In this document: positions 14,201 through 25,509 of the stretch, in pieces
Numbering within the stretch: the first letter of the stretch is position 1
Layout of the letters: each line of letters starts with the position of its first letter
The notes under the pieces: model-generated
Told to the model about the DNA's origin: nothing
The model's input: only the letters and a program-made list of their open reading frames with translations
Databases searched by the model: none
From: Cirrosporium novae-zelandiae
Lineage: Eukaryota
DNA: 64,000 nucleotides
Direction of reading: 5' to 3'
Assembly (NCBI GenBank): GCA_026023565.1
Contig: JAPETS010000007.1
Location: 1-64,000, forward strand
Position numbers and translations under genes: made by a program

Positions 14201-15461
14201 CCCCCTCAAATCCACAATAAAATATTCCTTTTCTTGTTCTTCTTCCTTTTCTTCCTATGCATGTGACAGAGAATGCATAAAATAATATTACAAGTTCGAG
14301 GTTTGAAAGGTTTCAAGTTTTTGAAACAATAGCGTCCTTGAGCCCCTCTCGTATTTGTATTCGTACTCGGGAATTTTTTTAGGCTGGTAGGGCTGGTAAG
14401 GCTGGGCTGTATTTTTTGGGAGGGGAGGGGGTGTAAGAGAGAGATTCTAGGAGTTATGAAGTTATGAGTTATGCTATAGTGTGTATGCTTTTGCTTAAAT
14501 ATTATAGAGAGTATAGAGAGAGGGGATTGGTTTATATTTATATATTAAGGAGAGGATAGTTTTATCCGGCACTTTTATATTTATACCCTTAATACTATTT
14601 CAAGTCTCCTTTTTTTATAGGTACTACTACTCGTACCCGTAATTAATAGCCCTTCCCATCCATCCCCTTACTATCACAATCATCTTCTTCATTATCTTCC
14701 CCATTTATATATATTCGGATCTTTTCTTCTAAAAAAGGTGTATCTATCCATCTCATTTGATCTCACATCTCACATCTCATTTCATATCTCATCTACATCA
14801 TCTCCCATACAGGAAATCAGATAGATATCTGCCTAGGTAGCTGGGATTGGGAATTTACTGATGAACTAACTAACTAAACTACCACAACCATGGTTTTGTA
14901 TTTAGGCCTAGAAAGAAAGAAAGAAATGGGAATAGCGATGTTTAAAAAAAGTGTTTTTATGGGTTTAGTGCATTGAGTGTTAAGTGTGTTGGGTGCAAGC
15001 AACAACTACTTACTTTACTTACTACTTACCACTCGTGCATTTCGTTTGTCGTTTCTGGGATGGGGAGGTTGATGTTGGGGTTGAGGTTGAGGTTACTTTC
15101 TTTCTTTTATTTTCGGTATTGAATTGATGAGGAGGAGGAAGGGATCCTTCTACTTGTTAGCTGTTGAAGCGTTCGTTGTATATGTATATGTACATATAGA
15201 GTATAGTATAGTATCTTCAACAGAGAGTTTGATTAGTTAGTGTGTCCATAATTTTTTTTGAAGAATCGATATATTTATATTTGATTTGATATAAGCCTAA
15301 CCTAATCTACTACTGTACTTAGCTAATTAAATAATCCATCATCATCATTCACTCTTTCGAACTCCATTTTTCTATTTTTGATACTTAGATTCTATGTGGA
15401 GATGTAGGATGTGGGAATGTTGACGAAGACCATGCATAGATAGCTAAGGTGATACTACTAT

Positions 15462-15493
<32 letters not shown>
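15462..15493 (+). repeat. (TAC)10 microsatellite
   Basis: Read directly from the sequence. Confidence 0.95.
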
Positions 15494-17445
15494 GAAGGCG
15501 AAGAAAAGTGTAGGTACCTAGGTGAGTATATGATATATGATATGTATAGAACCGACTACACAGGTACAGTACGAAAAATATCTTGTCAAAAAACAAAAAC
15601 AAAAAAATAATTCTCCCCATATTCTTTCTTTCCTAGTCCCCTTTTATTTTCCCCACCTAGGTTAACAAGCACTGACTACCGTTGACACTTACTTCCAAGT
15701 ATTCTATCTGCCTCCCCCCTATGGAAAATATGAAGTGTTACATGCACATGTACAAAAATTCTTCAGGTCATCAGTCTGTGGTCTCGATAATCTTTTTCGG
15801 AGGTTTATAAACCGCTAAAAAAACCATTATTAGTTAGATGTTTAATAATATAAATTTGGTGAGAGGTGTGTGACCTGGGTCTTCATTAGTCAGTCGGTCG
15901 GTAGGAATCTTTGAGATATGAGTCGAGTCGCTCTCGAGTTAGGTTAAAGATTTATTTACTGCTCCTTTCCCATTTCGTTTTTTCTGGGTGGTGGTAGTGG
16001 TGCTTTAAAAAGCAAGCGATTCGGTTTTTTTTGTCTTTTATATTACTTGAAATAGGGGGGGATAAATTGTGTGTAATTAAATCGTTCCTTGGTTTGACGA
16101 GGAAGGTTCGCTATTTAGTTTCATGTGCAGTATTCCTTTAAAGACAAATATCAATCAAACTGTTAGTTGTTACTTACTTCGTCATCAGAAGTTAATTGTG
16201 CTTTCTTTCCTCCATGGATGCTTGCCATTTTTGTGCTTTTGAGCATACCAACTAGTCCAGTAGGGTATCAATTTTTAGATAGAATTCAGTTCGGAGTAGT
16301 CTGAACGAAGATATTTGTCCCCTGAGGTCGAAGGGCAAGGACAAGGGTAAGGGCAACTGCAGCCCGCTTATATTTTGATCGTCCCGCATTAAAGATCTGG
16401 TATTTCTAGATGAACTGAATTTTGTGATATTGGTTTCCTGCTTGCGGACGAAGGGGCTAGGCAAAATCCATTCGTTGCCTAGGCCCCAAAAGGTATATGC
16501 AGGGAGTAGCAAGACATATCAGCAGAAACGAAAAGAGAAAACAGATATCCTCCAAAGACAGTTTATATAGGTGTTCTGCCTCATATCTTCTAGAGTATAG
16601 ACCAGACAAGTGTCATCTGAATAACCACACTGGCATCAATGACCTAGACTTCTTGCAAATCTCCATCGGCGACTAGTTTCTAGGACCTAAGCATCATCAC
16701 CTTCCAAGGGCTTTTCCTACAAGTAGGACCTGTGCAACTTGTGTACGATCCAATGTCTGGCCAAGGCCCGAGGCCACGCCGCTACCACAGATGGTCCCTG
16801 GCGAGACGACCTGGGCTATCCTCGGGCGATATCGCGCGACAGGCAAACAGTCTTGCCGGGGTCAATAATAACGGGAGAATCAGATGTCATCGTCGTGGAC
16901 CTTGTTGACACTAATCTTCCGCTTTCCGTCATGTCAAACCTTTACAGAACATTTGACTCATCTGCTGGATGTGTTTTCCATCCTGGCCGAGGATTTTAAT
17001 TCTAAGGTCATGGGCTGGTCGGCTTGTAGAAGGTTATAAATTTGGTCGGGGTTTCCAGGGCATTATTTCATTGTTCATTGACGCCTTCGGATAACTTTCG
17101 ACTCCCTAATTTTAAAAATCGCAAAGAAATGTCGTATCTCCTGTTCCCTTGAAAGTGCTAACGGCACCATATGAGAATGACAACAAAAATGTGTATTCTT
17201 GACCTTTGGCACCAAAATAATCCGTAATAATATATCTTTGAATAGTCTTGATAATGCCAGGAAGGTTATCAAACATGTGATTTTGATGCTTTTTCGCTCA
17301 TGTATTATATGAAATGACGCGCGATGACCACTTTATTGTCCATGATCCTAAAAAAACGAATTGTCAATGATAGTATCACGCCCTTGATCCTTGGAGGAAA
17401 TATTATGGTTAATGTATACACAATTGCTGGAGTATGCGGAGCTGG

Positions 17446-17802
17446 TCAAGGGACCGAGGTCTGGTTGAACAATGCTTCCAAAAGTCTCGTAGAGTGTTGA
17501 CTAAAGAGTATTTGCAGAACCTCTTCTGCACGTTTCAGCTTCTCGCCGTCGTTTTCGTTCCCCAGATTAGGAGATAGTACCTGTTGAATGAATTTTCGCA
17601 TATTAGTATATTCAAGAGCCCGGCCATTTGTCCGCCAGGCATGTAAGATATAAAGCAGGGGCTCAATCAACTGGCCCATCCGACCCATACGGCCAAATGC
17701 CTGCACAATAACATTGAGCGACCCGGGAATCTCCATCATCACCAAAATATGGTAGAGTTTGTGGAAATTAATACCATAGGCATCAGTCTGGGTCGAGGAC
17801 AA
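17446..17802 (-). pseudogene. Relic of a superfamily-2 (SNF2-like) helicase C-terminal domain
   Basis: AYGINF...HILVMME...NVIVQAFGRMGRMGQ resembles helicase motifs V-VI (GxNL...QAxGRxxRxGQ). There is no ATG start, and the upstream frames are broken by stops. Confidence 0.6.
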
Positions 17803-19486
17803 GCATGATGGGGTTCAACAAGCATATCTGGAAAATGCGATAGGTGGCAATGCTTTGATTGCTACATTATTATCAGAGAGTAAATGTGAATTTTAAATTT
17901 CTTCCATAGCTTTCTTCCCGAGGGAGGTGTAAATTGTTTGGCCCAACCTCTCAATTGGTCTGACTAAAGACATGGCATGGCGGCTTTAAGAGTCTGGTCT
18001 GTATCGCACCCAGACTCAAAGCTAGGATGTCCAGGAGACATTTTTAACTAACATGAGGCCATGGCTGCAACTAAGGGCTGTTATTAAGAAGAATGTGTGT
18101 TGATATGGGAAAAGGACGGCGATTGACAAGAAATGGATACAAAGCTAAAGGAAAAAAAGAGAAGTCAAGTTATCTTCGGCTTTCAAATCTAGAAAAGACC
18201 TTCTGACCATTTAACTTAATACGCTTCGTCGACAAAACCTGTGTTTACAAAAGAAAACTGTGGGGAGGTATAATATATATCGGGATTCTTTTTTATTATC
18301 CAGACTTCTTTTGTTTGAATTCTTTAGCCCAGTGGGAATACTAGATAGTAAAGTCGTATAGTACAAAGAGACGAAATATATCGCCTTGAGTTTTTAGATA
18401 GCAACTAAAATAGTGAAGAGCAAGAAGGTTAATTTTTTCTCATACATGTAGAGGACATGGTTTGTCCGCTATAGCATTTAAGCGGCATGTGAACATAAAA
18501 AAACAGTGAATAATCATCATCATAGAGGACATGGAAAAAACGATAGAGGCTCAAAGAAATTGCGAGATGCATACCCCCTGATTGAAAAAAATTCATCATT
18601 CACAACTTGCAAAGTAAAATAATGGACCATTAGCATTTATCGCTCACACAAAAATCCAGAACCTAGCTCGATAGATTTCACGGGTGACAGGATTCATTAT
18701 TCAGAATTGCGGAGTCTGTCAAGTGAAGTGAATTTGGATCAACATCAATCCCCGATCGAAATGATTCTTGCATATGAGATGACGAGGACGTCCCCAGGTA
18801 AATGAACAACAAACATACTCGTTCAGAATGGTAAATACTAATGACCAAGGATGGTAACGGTCTGGACTCCGACCCGGGAAATACTGACAATAAGGATGTA
18901 AGGATTGTCGCTATCGGTTCCTTCAACAAAGACTCAAAGCAGGGTTGGCAAATATTCCTCATTGTGGGTAATTTTGGAGACAAGATGAAATACGATACTA
19001 GGATGATGGTCTCAAACACAGGACAACTGTCGAACAAGATGCTTGTTCGGCGGGGTTAAGATCTGAAGCGGAAAGTTTCCGGGTCGAAACAGAGACGTCA
19101 GTTCACCGTCGGTATCTTTAAGAAAGTTGTTATTTCCGCATTGTGGACATGTCAATCGGGGATAATGATATTAGGCTGCGGGACTTTTGTGGGTTGTTAG
19201 ATCAGTAAGGAAATGGAATAAAACGTTGTTCATAGGGAGAAATGTGATGTTGAGTTGAGCAAACACATCTGGGAAGCTAAAAGTTCCTGGTCAGCCCAAC
19301 CAATATTAAATTGGAATAGTTAAGACGAATTCTTGGCAGTGGTGTTATTTGCAAGTTTTCCCCACTAGAAACCAAGAAATCACTCCCTGTCCATTAGACA
19401 ATAGCTTTTTTTTGGGTAACAAAAACAATGCTGCCATAATTACAACAAAAGGAAAAATTCAAGAATAAAGCCAAAAAGATAATGAA

Positions 19487-19565
19487 TGGACAAGCGGCGA
19501 ATCGAACGCCGGACCTCTCCCATGCTAAGTGCTAAGGGAACATTATACCACTAAACCACATGCCC
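19487..19565 (-). tRNA. tRNA-Ala(AGC): tRNA-Ala(AGC) with a 7-nt insert at the canonical 37/38 intron position
   Basis: Minus strand reads GGGCATG TG GTTT AGTGGTA TAAT G TTCCC TTAGCA[CTTAGCA]T GGGAG AGGTC CGGCG TTCGATT CGCCG CTTGTCC A. G3:U70 alanine identity pair, intact A and B boxes, T5 Pol III terminator at 19473-19477. Confidence 0.93.
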
Positions 19566-22500
19566 TTGTCATTGGAAGCATGGCTACAAAAAGATTCTAT
19601 AACCATGAAAAAGTCAATCAACAATCTTGTGCGATGTACAGTACATTAAATATCTGTTGCTAGTAGTTAAGAGCCGTGTTGTAGTGCATTATTGATAACT
19701 TTGTCAAAATGAGAACTATGTGATGTGACGTGTAGTTTGGCTAAGGGGTCTTTCCTGCCTCTAATCCTACCTCCTGAGATGGAAATAGACGAGAGTCTTA
19801 GGTAACGATCATAAGCATTATGTAGGCTAAAATTGTGCCCCCACGCCCGGTATATTTTCCTTTCTAGAAGCTTTAGTAACCAGATTATGGCCTAAGATTG
19901 TGGCCTAGTAAAGGTATGTCATTTAAAGAAAACGGAAGAAGATGCCATGCGTATATCATATATGGGATGGGTTATATATGTCTCTATATAAGTAGTGAAA
20001 GCTTCGCACTGCTAAGATAATTGTTTAGATTGTGCAACTGCGATAGGATAAAAAGGCCAAAACGTTGATTTTTTTAAAGTATTGTCCTCCAGCGTTCCAT
20101 GCCCTTGATTTTCCGCCTCCTTTCCCGGTATCTTACTCTTCGTGTAGAATGTCCAAGGTAACGATGAGCTGGGTGGAGAGAACTATATATTAATATTGTC
20201 ATTTCGTTTATACCTTCAACTATTACCTAAATAGATCATGAGGGTAGAATGGAGAAGTTAGACTGGAAGTATTCGTAAAGCCCTATGGCAACGCGATACT
20301 TCATCGCGGCTTTCCGAATGGAGGAACATAAGACCATGGTAGGTTTTATAGGTGAAAAAAACACGTAGGCGTAGAGGGGCCATCAACATGAGCAATTGGA
20401 TGGAGAGAATAAGAGGATGAAGTGGGCGAGGCTAGAAATGATGAAGGTGGCCGTAGTGACTAAGGTCAAATATTCTGAGTGGGGGCTGTAGGTGGTGGGT
20501 TACCGACAAATTGACAGTGAGTGGCGAAAGCTTTGGAGAATGAACCTAGGCTGGATCCCGGTCGAGGGTATTGGTTGTGATACAGCCGAAGCACCTTTTG
20601 TAAACATGAAATCCGGCTCGTTTTTTAGTCACTACGATGAGAACTGGTCACGAAGGTAAGCGGGAATAGACCATGCATATCACGAAAAAATGCTAGAGTT
20701 CGATAGATTAGCCTTATGATGGTTAGAATAGCGCTTGAGTGTCTATGCCACGAAAGGCAGAAAATACTCAAGCTAAGGAAGGGATATGAGCAAAGTGACT
20801 TTTATAAACTTGGAAACTTAGTGACAGGAATTATAGCCAGAACTCATTTTAAGGATGTCCAAGGCCTCAAGCAAAGCCTTCGCAATTTGTAAAGACAGGT
20901 AATAGTTCATTAAGCATGAATGTCTCAAAACCTTTTCGGAGTCGCGTCTACGGTACACTTTCTCGTTTCTATGGGATTAGAAAGAGACATTTTACTTTGA
21001 ACAGTAGACATGACTCATGAATTGAGGATAGAACAAGAGGTTGAGATGGAGATTGCAAATGCGCCTTGTTGAATCCCAAGGGTTGCAGAGACGAGGTCAA
21101 GCTCGAGGGATATGAGAAGTCATTCTGTCTCAATTGTTATCTTCCGACTATGCTAGAATTCAGGGGATGAATTAAGGCGGAGAAAAACTAAACCTGGGGC
21201 ACGGCTAAGACAGAAACATTTTTTTCATCGTTAATCTTGGAAAGGTTTATTCTAGAAATGCTAATTTGTACAACTGTATGCAGACAAAGAGTGGGAAGGA
21301 AAAACAAATAGGTTTGATCATATTAACTGCACTAGGTAGTGCCGCAGAAGGACAAGGGGAAAAAAGCAAGTAATGATAACAAAAGGTTATTGGTGGCCAT
21401 TGCCTGATTGTTCTGATTCTCGGTGTTTGACTCAAAACAAAATCTAAAACTCAGACTTGGGAGTCCAAACATCGAGCTCGTGACACATGATAAAAGAAAG
21501 TTACTTAACATACCAGGTTTTTTCTAAATGGACAGAAATCAACGATCGTATTACAAACTAGTAAGCCTTCGAAAAAATATCTTCACAATAGACAAAGCTT
21601 TGTGCTCCTAATAATGCAAAAATGACTAAAAGAAAAGTACGAAGTCATGTATTATGAGATTTAACCAATGAAAACATATAGCCTCCCACGCCATGTGTAT
21701 GAGTTATAATTATAATACTGCAGCATACAACACATGTTAATAGTCACTCAAAACCAGGTAGCATTAGATGGTGCATTGGAAACTGAATCATCTGAGATAA
21801 TATCTCATTCTCGAGTCTACTCTACCCTGTAGAAAGAACAGGGTTAATTGACCAAGGAACACAAACAAATTTGACGAGTCTGTTCATCGGGAGCGGTTTA
21901 TATTTCCCTGCAAACTTCCCTTGGACATGGTAACAGAAGCAAGTTTGAAGGCATTTCAAGAATGTTTATTCTGTTATTCTCATCCCTGCGGAAATGTAGT
22001 CGGGAAGAGCAGGAGAAGACTGCAAGACTAGAGTCATAACCTAAAAATGGGGAATGTGTGTTCGTGCAGGCAGTTACTGTCTAAGTAGCACGAACAGTTT
22101 GAATAGGAATTGAGATGATGAAATAATGTTTCGCAAATAGTCACATGCTGATTAGTATTCCACTGCCATGATGATTACCTTGAGCCTGTGCCCAGTGATC
22201 AGATTGTAGTGCTAGATTTAAATGTTCTGCAGTCTTGATATTGTTGGTACCCAATGCGGAAAGACGCTTTGATGATGCTCTCGATACTATAGTCAGCAAC
22301 TTCATTAACCAGCACAGAATTTCTCCGGGACCGAAGCTGAGACAAGGGAGAACAATCCGTGTTGATGGAAGATTCTCAGATGCGAATATACGAGGGAAAC
22401 GAGTTGACCCTTATCATCGGTTCGGAGACATGGGGTATTTCAAGAAAGTGTATTGTGTTCCCTCAAGGCGGCCCGGCCGTTAAAGGATTCCGTTGCTGTC

Positions 22501-24306
22501 CCGAAGATAGATGGGATTATTAAGTTTCTGAAGAACGTTCATGTGAACAAATTGAGCAGGCTATTAAAGACAGCCCTAATATCTGCATAAGCAGCAGTTT
22601 GCTGCTGACGAATATTTTTTATAGCTATCATCCAGGAAGAGATGCAGGAGCGGCGGTAGCAATCAAGGAATAGATGGTTGAGCAAACAGGATATGATGGA
22701 AAGGAGCAGGCAACCATCAGAAGGTCGGGCAATTCGTATACCTCCAGATAAGAGATGAAAACGGACAAAACTAGAAGGGGCACTGACCAAGTATGCAGTA
22801 TGCAAATAAGAGGAGTTCTCAGGCAGATCAACGTCGGTGCAGCTTACAGGAGGTTTTCCCCCAGTTTAGGCTCGGCTGTACAGAAGTTCAAGACCCGAAT
22901 GTAAGGTACAATCTCAAGTCAAAGGATTATTTCTATGTGTGAGATGTGAGACCCAAGGTAATGTTGAGGTGTAAAAGTATTATGTGTATTGTGAAGTCAT
23001 GGACTTTGAGAAATAATTAGCAAGTCAGGCAGGCAATCATGCTCATCCCGTCTACAACCGAGCTTGGGGTCGGCAGTAAGAGGCACATGATCAAATATCA
23101 CAGTGCATCAAGGGATCGATTATGCAGGATGCAGACGTAATATGCATGATGCTGCGATACATCCGTCTGCAAGTCTGGGGGAAAGGCGTCTAGCATGCTA
23201 CAAACACAGCTGATCCCTGAGTGGCAGGTCCAAGTCGTGCAAGAGCGAAACCAATGATATTAATATCAAAAAGAAACGGATTGTGCGCGAAAAGGAAGTG
23301 CAGGGAGTACAACCAGGGTTTATCAGTATAATATGCGTACGCAGTACAACCTTGAGTGGATTGGAAACCATGACACATCTTTGACAAATACATGGTGCCA
23401 TGTTCATAGGCACACAAAAGGGGTGTGGGTTGCGATTACATGTGAAGGCGCTAACAATAAATAATTGATGAACATTTTGGCCTTCTGACAGCTGTCAAAT
23501 CTGTCAATACCTTCAACGACTTGAAAGCCTTGAAAAGCTGGATTTACCGTGTGGCCTGTTATGCCACATTTCTTGGTTCATTGCCACCTTCCTTACTTGG
23601 AGGGAGAAGTAATCCACTGTAAAATGTTGGTCATATTGGTTATAAATTCATAGGTCGGTACAAAAGTCCGTATGTTTCTTATAGGGCCATCATTCCACTC
23701 TACACATGTGTAAAAGTCATATTTTTTTGGTTTGTTTTTGACTCGTCAACTGTAGAGTCTTGAATTAGAATAGCTGATGATTGTGAAAGCCAAAGAAAGA
23801 AGGGAAACGCAGGGAACAATGAAGCTTGCGCTCCACCTTTAAAAAAAACCCCACCATTTTCCAATAACAGTAATAATAACAGATGATTGTAACAACGTGT
23901 AACAAAATATTTGCTCAGTATCTTCCTTTCTTATAACTGCAGCCGAGCACAACCAGGGCCAAGAACATTGGATTAACCATCTCGGGAAACTGTAAAGCTC
24001 ATCTACAATTAGTTAGAGATTAGTTTCATGGGATTGATTACAAAAGAGTAAATTGGTCTAACAGGTGGATATAGTAATAATTTAATTAACTCTACTCTAT
24101 TTTATTCTACTCTGTTCTAGGTAGGTGACTCTTGACTGTTTAGGGTCCTATGTAAATTCTTTCGGTTCCTTCAAGCCTTTCCCGTTGACTGTGAGGACTG
24201 TGAAAACCAATGACGAAGTCCTTTGAATTTCCAGGGCAACAAAGTTAAAAAGGTAAAAAGATGTATCAAGTCCCTTTTTTTTTATTTTTTACACGGTGCG
24301 TAATTA

Positions 24307-24376
24307 ATGCACTATTATGCGCCGTTATGTACCGCTATGCACCACTATGCACCGCTATGCGCCATTATGCACCATT
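24307..24376 (+). repeat. Degenerate 10-bp tandem repeat (consensus about ATGCACCRYT) x7
   Basis: atgcactatt atgcgccgtt atgtaccgct atgcaccact atgcaccgct atgcgccatt atgcaccatt. Confidence 0.85.
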
Positions 24377-24627
24377 TAGCATAGCGAGCACACCTCTCAT
24401 AAGTAATTAATTCCCATTCAAGTATTAGCTTAGTCCTACATACTCCTTTTGGCAATAAATATTCTAGTCAATGAATTACAACTTCATAAAAAAGATGTGT
24501 GACCACTAATTAACCAAGTTAACCGAAGGAAAGAAAAACCGAACAGTTCTTTTCTTTAATGCATCGTCCCCATCGTGCAGGATTGATGCAGATAATACCA
24601 AACAAATACCAACCATACAACCCAATA

Positions 24628-24679
24628 CTGACCACTCTGACCACTCTGACCACTCTGACCACTCTGACCACTCTGACCA
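24628..24679 (+). repeat. (ACCACTCTG)5 minisatellite
   Basis: Five perfect 9-bp units at 24631-24675; this is the source of the TTLTTL run in ORF 24559..24834. Confidence 0.95.
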
Positions 24680-25509
24680 TCCTACTCAGTAATTATCCTG
24701 ACCCATACACATACGGCATCAAACACCATTTGCACCCCCCATCATCAACTCCAATAGCCGCACAACAATTAACACTAACCAACACTAGCTACAACTTCGG
24801 ACTTGACAGTCTACAGCTACCTGTTCTAGTTTAATGGATTAGAACCCTAATGATACTTTCTAGCCCCCAATCGGATCCTTTATTCAAAAAAAGCATGTCA
24901 GCCTTTCCCTCGTAACCTCGTACTTTCTTCCAGAAGCTTTCAAGGATCGACGCACAAAGTCTTTTCCCAAACGCTTCTCAATGTTTCCCAATGCCCGCTA
25001 TCTACGAATAGTTACTTTACCATACTTTACTTTAGTACTCCCCAGACAATGTCTTCAACTTCCACAACCAATGATCCTCGTCCTCCTTTCCCGCTCTTGA
25101 CGCTCGACGCCTCTCTCCGCGTTCAGCCGTTTATTTCGAACCCAAGAATCCAAACTCTGTTTCTATCATCTACTAATCTATCCAAGCACCCATGATCTCT
25201 CATTGATCCTGCTGTTCCACTCTTCCATTGGTATCATCGTGCGACTAACCTGCCGCCGCTCTTGGGGAAAGAATGTGGGGGGACATCGTCCAATAAGAAT
25301 ACTACCGAGATTATCAGAGGCTCTTTTTGAAGTCATCTCACGATATCCTTGTCCATTATGCCCTTCATATATGTACCTCATCCCGCGCCAATTAATCCTT
25401 CAAGCTTTTCTTGTTAGGACTATTGCTTGATAGACCAATATTTCATAACTATTTAGTCTATTATCTGACAAACCATCCAAACCCTCCGAATAACTCATCT
25501 ACTCCCATT

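Noticed and set aside
20249..20830. Apparent protein-like + frame (MEKLDWKYS*...) as a RIP-damaged gene
   Set aside because: About 8-10 stops in roughly 190 codons is what random sequence gives, and there is no recognisable motif.
22235..22483. 82-aa ORF inside the island
   Set aside because: Non-ATG start and no motif I can assign; kept only as part of the island finding.
24307..24376. Regularly spaced repeats as a CRISPR-like array
   Set aside because: Contiguous 10-bp units without spacers, in a eukaryotic context with no cas genes.
24559..24834. ORF with TTLTTL repeats
   Set aside because: Explained by the (ACCACTCTG)5 minisatellite; no coding evidence.
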